A stretch of 50,200 nt of DNA, filler included, from Stramenopiles sp. TOSAG23-3 (taxonomy: Eukaryota): assembly GCA_900128585.1 (NCBI GenBank). It is 4 parts of 4 records of this genome, joined end to end, with 100 filler letters (N's around TTAATTAATTAA, not from the genome) between each part and the next. Parts side by side here need not be neighbours in the genome. Positions count along the whole stretch, not along the records: positions 1 to 22,987 come from LT642320.1; positions 23,088 to 45,994 come from LT642321.1; 2 more parts are not named here. The stretch is one strand, 5' to 3'. The stretch's first letter is position 1. Each line of letters begins with the position of its first letter. Below, in pieces: positions 19,309 to 28,679 of the stretch. The notes below the pieces were generated by a model. It did no database searches and was not told the DNA's origin. It was given only the letters and a program-made list of their open reading frames with translations. The translations under genes were made by a program, and so were the position numbers.

Positions 19309-22300
19309 ATGAAGCATGAACGTTTACATTGGAAAAAATGTCTCTCTGTGCCACAGTGGTTTGCTCTTTTAGCATTTTTGCTTTTCTGCGAGAATGCGGA
19401 TGGGCTAACATATAAAATAATTCACCCGAAAACTCTGGATGTAGTGGGGTCAGACATCTTTCTGCTGGTTCGTGCCGAGTGCTCGAAAGAGGAAGACAAA
19501 CATTCTGGGAAACGACTGTGCATTTCCATAAATAATGCCACGGAAAAACACAACGTGCGGTCGCGATCGCTTTTTTCCCATTGTATGCAATCTCCGCGCC
19601 TCCAATGTTCCAACGCCAAGGGGGATGAAAAAGAAGGGACAATGGTGCATTTGCACTTGAACGTGGGTTACACCCGGGGGGTGCTGTCTTTATTGCTCAC
19701 CGGGGACGTTTTGATCACGGCTTCAAATCCCAGAACCGATCCTTTTGTATACGACACGGTGATTATTCAAACAAAACCATCTGTTCAGGAAAATCATATT
19801 ATTGCTCTTCCGGGCACGAAACAAGTTGCACTTGCATTGCTGTCACCTTTGGATAAGATGAACGTTCAGCACGGAAGGCCTGTAGAAGTTGTTTTTTATC
19901 ACCACAATCCATCCCCGTCCACCGCGGTCTGTGTTCAAGTGGACGATGGCTTGTTCAAAAAATGCTTTTTGTCGAATTCCAGACAGCCTTTAAATTTGTA
20001 TGGGGTCCCCGTCGGCATCCATGTTTTGAAGATATGGGATGACCAGCTTATGAATCCGGCCAACTTCAGCGACAGGGGCAACAATTTGGACTTTGTTCCC
20101 ACCAGTATTTTTCGCGTGCAGAAAAGGTCGAAACTACCGGCTGTGCGGATTGCATCGCCGCTCCCCGACGATGTCCTGGGTACGCAAAACGTTTGGATTA
20201 AACTGGGCGTAGGGGGGGGATGGACTGCCAACGATATTGGCCTCGGGGAATTTTTGGTGTGTTTCAGACTGTTGCCAAGCAACTTATTTACCTGCAAGAA
20301 GCGCATCGAAGAGCCCTTCCATTTGACCGGGCTGAAAAGGGGAGAGTATGAACTCCACGCGTGGGTGGCAACGTCGAAGGAGGAAGAAGTTCCAAACACT
20401 ACAGTTTCGGTGAACTTTGCGGTGACGGGCTCTGTCAAACGGAGCGATCGCACAGGTTCACACGAGGCCGTTCCCGCGCCGGCGCAGGAGTGCTCGACGA
20501 ATAGCACCTTCATTCTATTTATATTTGCATACGAAAGACTCGACCATTTGCGGAAGCTGTGGAAAAGTGTGAAGGGTGCGCACTACTTTGATTGTTCGGT
20601 CGATGTAAAAATTTTTGTTGACAAGAGCCCCGTTGCAGATGTGCACGATCGGTTGGTACGGACTGCAAACTCTTTTTCATGGGAGCACGGGGAAATAGCA
20701 GTAATTTTGCGAGAAGAGAGGGTTGGGCTAGTTGAAAATATCTTGTCGGCCTGGGAAGCCCCTTTGGCAAATGAAAGGGCAATATTTTTGGAAGATGACG
20801 TTGTCGTTTCTCCGTGGTATTTTTACTATCTGCTGGCCGTTGAGCGACGAGGGGTTCGGCCGCGCGATACCCAGTTGAAGCCACGCTTCCTTGGGGTGTC
20901 GTTGTACAGACCCGATTGGAACGAAATAGAATGGCACCCCGTTGTCGACAACCCGTCAGAGGCCTCGGACAATGGGGATCATGTAGCCCTGATGCAACTT
21001 CCCTGTTCTTGGGGTGGAATGTTTTACCCAGGGCCTTGGAGTAGATTTTTGGAATGGCAACAGGCGATGGGCTTTCTGGACCAGCTCGGGGCGGGAGTGC
21101 AAGCGACAGGCAATGACCGATTCTGGTTGCCCGATTCAATGTCTAATTTCTGGCGCAAGTCGTGGAAACGACCGCTGCTGAGATTCATGGTAGAAACAAA
21201 CCTGTACATGACCTACCCTTCGAGGTCAAGTTTCAGCACAACATCATCTCCGCCGGGAGAAAACATTGAAGGAGACACGCTTTCTGCTCTTTATAACGTC
21301 AGCATCATTTTTGACTTCGACAAAAACCTGCGTGATCTGGGAGAGGGCGATACTCCGTTAAATGCAAAGGCCCGGGACATGTACAGCCGTGATCGGGCTC
21401 CGAAACGGATAAGTAGTGCAGCCAGCGTGGTTAAGGTTTCCGTCCGCCCGGAAGATGGAGCTGCTGCTGCACCACTTGCAACGTGCGCAGAGAAAGGCGA
21501 CGGTACCGTCTGTGAATTCCGCCATGTAGCCATCACTAGCAACGGAGAGATAAAAATATTCAACAGTCTTGCAGGGCAACGGCGCCTTTTTGGCGGGCCT
21601 TTGCTTGCCCCGAACTTTCGGCATCGATGCTGCATGGACAGCCAGCCCCTCGTTTCGGCAAAAGTGCTGCCGGGCACCTACGATAGCTCGGTATCATCTT
21701 ATTGTGATGCGCGTGTGGAAAAGGCGTACTTGTTCTCCCTTACTATGTTTCCTCAGCACGGGCACACATTTCACGATACACTGTTTTCCCTTTTTGTAAC
21801 GCTGGTGGAGCGTGGCGACTTTGCGAACGGGGAGGACGAGCGAACAGGCCTACATTTTATTCTTGCAAATAACAACGACGAAGCTTTGGAGACTGTGGAC
21901 GATTTGGGGCCGTACAAAATTGTACTGGAGACACTCCTTTCGGGCAGGGGAAAAATATGGTTGCTTTCAGACTTCACAAGAAGCAACAGAGTCACGTGCG
22001 TTGATAGTCTGGTCAGTGGGCTAAGCTCATCCGCGAGCTTTTACGCCAATTTTTCTTCAGCGATGCTGGTGCGCACGCGGCAACTTCGTATGCGTGAATT
22101 TATCGGTATTTACGAAACTGCACTTCAGGTGAGGAGAACAGCCAAGGCTTCAGTGGCGCGATCTTGCGCAGACAATTCATTCTGCTACTCTTCGGAACGA
22201 CTGTTGTTCGTGCACCGAACGAGCAGAAAAGTGTTAAACCGTTTGGAATTGTACAATGCCACAGTTGCCCGTGGCTATGACAGCAGCACCGTGTCCTTTG

Positions 22301-22695
22301 AGAATTTGTCGCTTCGAGAACAAGTAGAGTCAGTTCAAGGTATATCAGTCCTCGTCGGCGTGCTAGGCACCGGCCTGTTCAACTCCTTGTTTATGAAATC
22401 CGCAAGTAAAGTAGTAATCTTAATGCCGTTTGGTGTTAAGTCTTGGATGGGCGAGAATGTCATTAGAATGGCATCGCTAGAAAACCGGGAGGTTGTTCGT
22501 TTAGAATCAAAAAAACCCCGAAGAAACACTTACTTGAGATGGACAGATTTTGTTGGCCCAGGGAAGCCCTTTTCTCCCACTGATGTATACTCATCACCAG
22601 ATAAAGTTTGGTTGTTTGACTGGATGGTTGGATTTTCTTTGTTCATGAACCAGGATTTCTACATTGATAAAGATGAATTTGTCGACTCTCTTTGA
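19309..22695 (+). CDS. Secretory-pathway double glycosyltransferase: 3 Ig-like modules + GT-A-type domain + GT61/DUF563-like domain
   Basis: Signal peptide; 'IFAYERLDHLRKLWKS', 'IFLEDDVVVSP' (DxD-like), 'QLPCSWGGMFYP'; C-terminal 'RKVLN...FENLSLREQV...VLVGVLGTGLFNSLFM'. Confidence 0.78.
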   Translation: MKHERLHWKKCLSVPQWFALLAFLLFCENADGLTYKIIHPKTLDVVGSDIFLLVRAECSKEEDKHSGKRLCISINNATEKHNVRSRSLFSHCMQSPRLQCSNAKGDEKEGTMVHLHLNVGYTRGVLSLLLTGDVLITASNPRTDPFVYDTVIIQTKPSVQENHIIALPGTKQVALALLSPLDKMNVQHGRPVEVVFYHHNPSPSTAVCVQVDDGLFKKCFLSNSRQPLNLYGVPVGIHVLKIWDDQLMNPANFSDRGNNLDFVPTSIFRVQKRSKLPAVRIASPLPDDVLGTQNVWIKLGVGGGWTANDIGLGEFLVCFRLLPSNLFTCKKRIEEPFHLTGLKRGEYELHAWVATSKEEEVPNTTVSVNFAVTGSVKRSDRTGSHEAVPAPAQECSTNSTFILFIFAYERLDHLRKLWKSVKGAHYFDCSVDVKIFVDKSPVADVHDRLVRTANSFSWEHGEIAVILREERVGLVENILSAWEAPLANERAIFLEDDVVVSPWYFYYLLAVERRGVRPRDTQLKPRFLGVSLYRPDWNEIEWHPVVDNPSEASDNGDHVALMQLPCSWGGMFYPGPWSRFLEWQQAMGFLDQLGAGVQATGNDRFWLPDSMSNFWRKSWKRPLLRFMVETNLYMTYPSRSSFSTTSSPPGENIEGDTLSALYNVSIIFDFDKNLRDLGEGDTPLNAKARDMYSRDRAPKRISSAASVVKVSVRPEDGAAAAPLATCAEKGDGTVCEFRHVAITSNGEIKIFNSLAGQRRLFGGPLLAPNFRHRCCMDSQPLVSAKVLPGTYDSSVSSYCDARVEKAYLFSLTMFPQHGHTFHDTLFSLFVTLVERGDFANGEDERTGLHFILANNNDEALETVDDLGPYKIVLETLLSGRGKIWLLSDFTRSNRVTCVDSLVSGLSSSASFYANFSSAMLVRTRQLRMREFIGIYETALQVRRTAKASVARSCADNSFCYSSERLLFVHRTSRKVLNRLELYNATVARGYDSSTVSFENLSLREQVESVQGISVLVGVLGTGLFNSLFMKSASKVVILMPFGVKSWMGENVIRMASLENREVVRLESKKPRRNTYLRWTDFVGPGKPFSPTDVYSSPDKVWLFDWMVGFSLFMNQDFYIDKDEFVDSL

Positions 22696-22987
22696 GGGCT
22701 TTGTCGACTTGGTCGTGTTTTTATTTTTTTACGCCGTTAATCAAAATTTCCTAGGAATAGCATTAACACATTTTCTAAATTTAGTAAATATTTTGTCCTA
22801 AAACGTATCATCGTAATTTATATCGTATTAATATATAGTGTTGGAATCTTGACCAGAACACATACGAATATGTCCTGGAAATCGCTGACCGGCCTAGCCG
22901 TTTAGGAGTCCCAGAAGGTACACTTACATCTGTATGTGTATACGACCACGAAACGATCAAACTCAATACCGATCATTATTTCATTGA

Positions 22988-23087
22988 NNNNNNNNNNNNN
23001 NNNNNNNNNNNNNNNNNNNNNNNNNNNNNNNTTAATTAATTAANNNNNNNNNNNNNNNNNNNNNNNNNNNNNNNNNNNNNNNNNNNN
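22988..23087. other. Artificial contig linker (44N + TTAATTAATTAA + 44N)
   Basis: Exactly 100 bp; the core gives stops in all six frames; identical structure occurs three times. Confidence 0.97.
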
Positions 23088-23934
23088 CGTACGAGCCTGA
23101 GGTTGAGGACAGCGCTCGCTGTACGGATGGTTCAACAAACCGACAATCGACGAACGATGCATAGCTGTACATTTCAAAAATGTCATGCTGAATACTGCTT
23201 CGATTCCATTCAATACGGACGGTTTGACCAATTTCACAGTGAACCAAGGGCATCTCTGAAACATTAAACCATTTTTTTCCTGCTGGAACCATGTAGTCCC
23301 AATTAATAACGCGCACTGGCAACGAGCACGATCGTGACTGCGGCGAAGAGGGACACGGTGATCCCCCATTCGTCGCCTCTACCTCAACATTTAAAGAACG
23401 CGACTGTGTGTTGGCAGAGCACACAGTCCAATCCGACCACGACCCGTTGCAGTTCAAACAACTCTGTGATTCCGGCGAAGAGGGGCATTGGGTCCCACTG
23501 CTGCTCGCTGCCTGGGATACTGTGTACGATCTTGTTTTTACGTTGCCGTCGCCGCACGATGACCAGCTCGACCAAGACCCTTCGCAGTTTGTACAAGACC
23601 TTGTTTCGGGCGAAGGGCAAGCCGACCCCCCATTGCTCGCGCTCGTCGTAACAGAGTAAGTGCGGCTTTGGCTGCCACCCGTGCACGTGCCCCATGAATT
23701 CCACGTTCCTGCGCAGTTTACAGCTGGTGGAGGCGATGGGGATGGGGATGGAGGGCTTGGAGTTGGTGACGACTTTGGCCCCCCCAACTTTCGATTTCGG
23801 TCAAAACGAACACGGTTCAACAGGTTTCTTCCGTCGAAGTAGACGGTCTCGTCCACGTACTGCGCGCTCGTCCCGAGCACAAACAGAGTGTAACAAAGTA
23901 TGGAAAATATCGACATGGGCATATTTCTGGACAT
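23088..23934 (-). CDS. Secreted thrombospondin type-1 repeat protein with a phytocyanin/cupredoxin-like domain; 3' end lost at gap
   Basis: SP 'MSIFSILCYTLFVLGTSA', Pro/Ser linker, three 'NCxGxWxxWxxC...xSRxY.V...ASxGGxxCPSxPExRSC' repeats, then 'GQTVRIEW...HDIFEM...SFVDC'. Confidence 0.75.
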
Positions 23935-24324
23935 TAAAGGCGTGGCGTAACGCTTTTCTCTTTTTTCTTGGCGGGAAATGGGACCCATTCACTAAGCACA
24001 CTGGTGTTTTCTGCGCAACAATATGGTTACATATATTTGCACCGTTTTGTTGGAGAAGAAGAACAACAAGAAGAGAAAAAAATGGTGATGGATGAATGAT
24101 GAATTTTGCGACTTCTCCTTGCTTTGTTTTCTATTGTATTTCCCTGTTGTATTTTTTTAATTATTGTTCAGAGAGACAAGAACTCTTTTTTTTGTTCTTC
24201 GAATACAAGCTACGGTACCTGGGGCCTTTTTTGTTTTGTACCCAATACCAGGAACGGAAAAACCACAGGAGCACAGGAGGTCTTCTTCTTAATATTATTT
24301 TATTAGTGTATACTGTATAAGCCT

Positions 24325-24555
24325 AAAGAAAAAGAAAAGAAAAGAAAAGAAAAGAAGAAGAGAAGAAGAGAAGAAGAGAGAAAAAAAAAGAAAAAAAGAA
24401 AAAAAGAAAAGAAAAAAAGAAAAGAAAAGAAAAGAAAAGAAAAGAAAAGAAAAGAAAAGAAAAGAAAAGAAAAGAAAAGAAAAGAAGAGAAGAGAAGAGA
24501 AGAGAAGAGAAGAGAAGAGAAGAAGAGAAGAGAAGAAGAAGAGAGAAAAGAAAAG
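24325..24555 (+). repeat. (AAAAG)n/(AGAAG)n polypurine microsatellite
   Basis: Direct inspection. Confidence 0.95.
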
Positions 24556-24797
24556 ACGACACACTCATTTTTTAATGATGAGTCCTCTATCATATATAGT
24601 CTATATAATATCTTTCGTCTTTTTTTATTACCTTCTCGTCGTCCATTTTTTTTTATTAATATTAAATTATTATAATAAAAATTATTATTATTTGTTGAAG
24701 ATATTGATTGAATGTCATTGTTAATTAACTGGTTAAACAGCTGAAGTTAACCACATCGGACTATGTGCCACCTTTGTATAGATCCAAGCATGGTGAT

Positions 24798-25958
24798 ATG
24801 CTTTCACTTAGTACAATGTTGAAAAACGCGGCTCTACTTTCACTTCTTTCATTCTTCATTTCCATCAACGCGAATGCAGCCGAAAAGCGTGGACTCTTCA
24901 TCAGTGCTATCACTGCAGCAGAAGTTACTGCTTTACCAAGATATATTAACGCGGTGAAGAAAGCAACTTCACCCAGCTATTCGTCGACAATCAATAGCTA
25001 TGTATTTTCACCCATATCATCCAACAAAGGTTTTGCGCATCGTTCACTAGATTCACTTCTTCCAATTATCAAAGACTCTGATGAAATCTATATAGGTACT
25101 AATTGGATGTCAAACAGTGAGCTCCATCTTCAGGATACCTATTGCGGTCAACTGGTGTTCAACAAAACGTTCGCAGAAGCAGATGCACAAGCTTCGGCTC
25201 GAGTTGCCGAAGAGTTTGTTCAGCGATATCCGAATGTAAACTTCTCGTGGTATGTTACAGCTGAAAATTTTCTTAATCACTTGGCACTCGGTTGCCATGC
25301 TGGAGACGCTTGGAACAACACCTACGTAGATGGTCCCACGCTTTCCAAAGCCTTGGGGAAATATCTGAATACTTGGACACGAGCACTCAACGACGTAAAA
25401 TTATCAAATCATTTCTTGTGGTCACCTTCCTGCCCGGAGACTAGCTATCGCAATACCAGCAACATGAGCCGTGTTTACCGTGCAAAGCTACTTGAAGGTT
25501 TGGTTATACTTCTCAACGAAGTTCCATTGTTGGATACTTTGGTACTTCAAGATGCAATAGGAAAAGCGTCAAATGTATCGATTCAAGGTGATATTCAGTA
25601 TGGCGTTGTTGCAAACGATACAATATTACACGCTAACATGGCACAGGAGGCCATGGTACGAGTGGGAAGGGGCGAAAGAAGGGTAAGAATTAACATGGAA
25701 ATGTTTATTCGGTCTGGTCGACGTATTCCTGCCTCTGCTATTGTGGACATGGTCTCGGATCCAATAGAAAATAACGAACGAGTCAAGGAGTACAACAATG
25801 CTGGATTTCATCTCGGACCAAGTTGGGAAATACAGGATTGGTATAAACAAACAATTGTCGGAAAGAATTGGACAAGCAAATGTAGGCAGTGGTCGCCCTG
25901 TAAAATCAATAGATGGGCACCACCGTGTTGCAAACAATACTCAGACATGAATACATGA
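24798..25958 (+). CDS. Secreted protein, probable DUF4434-like glycoside-hydrolase-type TIM barrel
   Basis: Signal peptide; 'FSWYVTAE', 'LWSP', 'LVLQDAIG' and 'INMEMF' resemble DUF4434 motifs (GWY..xE, QDGVG, N.E.F). Confidence 0.55.
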   Translation: MLSLSTMLKNAALLSLLSFFISINANAAEKRGLFISAITAAEVTALPRYINAVKKATSPSYSSTINSYVFSPISSNKGFAHRSLDSLLPIIKDSDEIYIGTNWMSNSELHLQDTYCGQLVFNKTFAEADAQASARVAEEFVQRYPNVNFSWYVTAENFLNHLALGCHAGDAWNNTYVDGPTLSKALGKYLNTWTRALNDVKLSNHFLWSPSCPETSYRNTSNMSRVYRAKLLEGLVILLNEVPLLDTLVLQDAIGKASNVSIQGDIQYGVVANDTILHANMAQEAMVRVGRGERRVRINMEMFIRSGRRIPASAIVDMVSDPIENNERVKEYNNAGFHLGPSWEIQDWYKQTIVGKNWTSKCRQWSPCKINRWAPPCCKQYSDMNT

Positions 25959-26104
25959 TCAAATGAGACACACAACTAAAAGAATGAATAACTGTGGATA
26001 AAGACATCATCCACCGTTCAGATTTATTTTTTGGAAGAAAAACTTTTCGTCTATTAATTATATAGCTATAATATTATACCAAATATAGCAAAATGGGGGT
26101 AAAT

Positions 26105-26200
26105 ATAATAATTTATATTTTTTTATATTGAAGAAATAGCCAATAGTCCTCCATAATAATTTATATTTTTTTATATTGAAGAAATAGCTAATAGTCCTCC
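26105..26200 (+). repeat. 48-bp tandem duplication
   Basis: ataataatttatatttttttatattgaagaaatagc(c/t)aatagtcctcc twice, with 1 mismatch. Confidence 0.9.
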
Positions 26201-26699
26201 TCCTATTACTTGGTATTCCAATTATAATACCTTGGTAGGACTAAAAAATAATAATATTTTATAATAAAAAAAAAGGGATCATTTTTATTACAGATAGTAC
26301 TGTATTTAATACCACCAAGTAATAATACCAATATTTTCGAAATAATACAATAAAATTAATAAAAAATACTGACTGATATAGAAGAAGACGATGACATTTC
26401 TTTCCCTTCTTATTACTTGGTATAATACAAGCTAGACCAACGCGGGAACTGTGTATCATACGTGGTGGAAACTACCGGCAGCTTAACAAGTATGGTACGG
26501 GTACCTGTACAACCGAACCTGTACCTTCTTCTGCTTCTCTTGAGTTTGGGGCTCTGAGCAAATTCATTTCCCCTCCCAAACAGATACCGTTAAGACTTCA
26601 CCCGTTCGTTTTTGTTTGTAAAAGGCTGAAGGACAGCGCGTCTGTCCGTACGTTTAGTGTCTAGGATTCCCTTGGTGCCTGTTTACTTTTAGGCCAACA

Positions 26700-27905
26700 A
26701 TGGTGGACAGTCAGATAAGGGAACTGCTGAACCGCGGGAACACTGCGTTTTGCCGCCACGACTACGAAGAAGCGCAAGTGTTGTACGATAATGCTATTAG
26801 TGTGTACGGCAAGCGTGGTTCGGAAGCTGCGATAGACGATAAGCTGATGGCGATCGTGCATTCGAACTTATCTGGTGCTTTGCTTTTTTTGAACCAAAAT
26901 GAGAATGCCCTTAGCCACGCCGACAGAGCACTTCAGCTCTGGCCGGAGTATGTCAAGTCTCATGGCCGGCGGGGTGCTGCCCTCTTGGCTTTGGGGCAAA
27001 CTGCGGAGTCCGTTCAGTCGTACGAGAACGGCTTGAAACTGTCCTCTGCACACCAAGGAATACTTTCTGGGCTAGATTTTGCAAGGGCGCAGCACCGAAA
27101 GGTACGCCCTGGCGGCCCCGCGACTAACGTGGGAAGCGGGAGGATAGAAGAAGGTTGCACTGGCGGTTCGAAAGGCGGGGACGAAGGGGTCGACGTGGCG
27201 GCGTTCGTCAGGGAAATCGAAGACAGTGAGTTTGTAGCGAAAAGCACGGGCCTTGACGTGGAAGAAGTCGTTAAGGTTGGGGAGACTTCGGGAAAGGGTG
27301 GCAGGGATGAGATGTATACGCTTTCGAAAAAAGACTTTACGGTGGTGGGGACTGCCGGGGAGGAGCTGGACCGCTTGACTCAGAAGAATTTCAAATGGTT
27401 GAACTTGAACCCGTTCCTCGTTTTGAACTTGCCGACAACGGCCACTGGGGAAGACATTAAACAGCGCTACCGGCAACTGTCTACCCTGGTGCACCCTGAC
27501 AAGTGCCGAGACGACCGCAGCCGGGAAGCATTCGAAGAAGTTGACCGGGCATACCACGAGTTGAACGATGAAAAGCGCCGGGAAAACGTCGTGGAGCTGA
27601 TAAAGATGGTCCGGCAATCGGTCATCGATGACATGAAACGAACGTTCGGGAAATCGTACATGTCGCGACGGGAGGAGGTCGACGAAGCCATCCGCTTAGA
27701 AACCATCAAATGCTTCGCGGAGAACGAAAAAAAACGCAGGGATATACAGGACAAACGACAGTCCTATAGGAAACGAGAGGGGGATAAAAAAGCGGAAGAG
27801 AAGAAAAAATTACGAGAAGGTCGTCAAGTCGAACGTGCGTGGCAAAAAGGAATGGACAATCGAGTTGGAAATTGGCGGAATTATAAAAAACAAAAAACCT
27901 CCTAA
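26700..27905 (+). CDS. TPR + J-domain protein (DNAJC8/SPF31-like C-terminal half)
   Basis: Three N-terminal TPRs; 'LNLNPFLVLNL...DIKQRYRQLSTLVHPDK' (HPD); C-terminal 'RVGNWRNY' as in DNAJC8. Confidence 0.85.
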   Translation: MVDSQIRELLNRGNTAFCRHDYEEAQVLYDNAISVYGKRGSEAAIDDKLMAIVHSNLSGALLFLNQNENALSHADRALQLWPEYVKSHGRRGAALLALGQTAESVQSYENGLKLSSAHQGILSGLDFARAQHRKVRPGGPATNVGSGRIEEGCTGGSKGGDEGVDVAAFVREIEDSEFVAKSTGLDVEEVVKVGETSGKGGRDEMYTLSKKDFTVVGTAGEELDRLTQKNFKWLNLNPFLVLNLPTTATGEDIKQRYRQLSTLVHPDKCRDDRSREAFEEVDRAYHELNDEKRRENVVELIKMVRQSVIDDMKRTFGKSYMSRREEVDEAIRLETIKCFAENEKKRRDIQDKRQSYRKREGDKKAEEKKKLREGRQVERAWQKGMDNRVGNWRNYKKQKTS

Positions 27906-28679
27906 AATAATAATTAGTACGGTACGTAGACATCCTACCGGTGGTTAGTAGTCGTCAACTAATTCGCACAATCTATACACAGTGGTACCGTACCAAATTC
28001 TAGCTGGAAGAATACTCGTACCGGTAGTGTTGTCACATAACCATCTATTCCTCCTCGTAGCTCGTAGTCCACTTCTTATTTATATTAAGGTAATGAAATT
28101 AAGAATTGGAATGCCACGTGTTTCGTATACCTCGAATTCACTGTACATAATATACGTACTTTAGCTAACTTGGATTATATCACGATTTTAAATCCTACTA
28201 TGAAAAAAATCAGAAGCTTATTATAAGTATACTACGTCTGTCTCTCCTCTTCCTCTATAAAATATATAATTTAAGTAACAAGTATTATAGTCTATAAATA
28301 ATAGATAGGGGAAATAAACTTATTAGCTATACTTCCTATTATTATTATTATTATTATTATTCTTTTTTTATTTTTTAAAAAATAATTTATTAATAATAAT
28401 TATTCTTTATTCTTCTTCTTCTTCTTTTATATAATAAAAAAAAAGAAGAGTTGTTTTTAATGTTAAAATTATAAAAGCGATATAAAAAAAAGGGAAAGTG
28501 GGATAGATACTACTTGAAAAGAAAAAACACCGACCAACCGATTCTAAAAGAAGCTGAAAGACATGTTGTGAATCGTGGGTCTTTGTGCTTTCTGACCGGT
28601 TGCGTACTACGAGAAGAAGAGTGGGGAAGTTTCGAGCAGTACGTATAGTAGTTTTTGGATTTTTTTGGCCGTGGTCGTC

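Noticed and set aside
22860..22987. Continuation of the TSP1/cupredoxin gene across the gap
   Set aside because: Minus-strand frames here give no cupredoxin C-terminal motif, and the linker does not imply true adjacency.
23032..23043. TTAATTAATTAA palindrome repeated three times
   Set aside because: Always centred in N runs totalling exactly 100 bp; it is an artificial six-frame stop linker.
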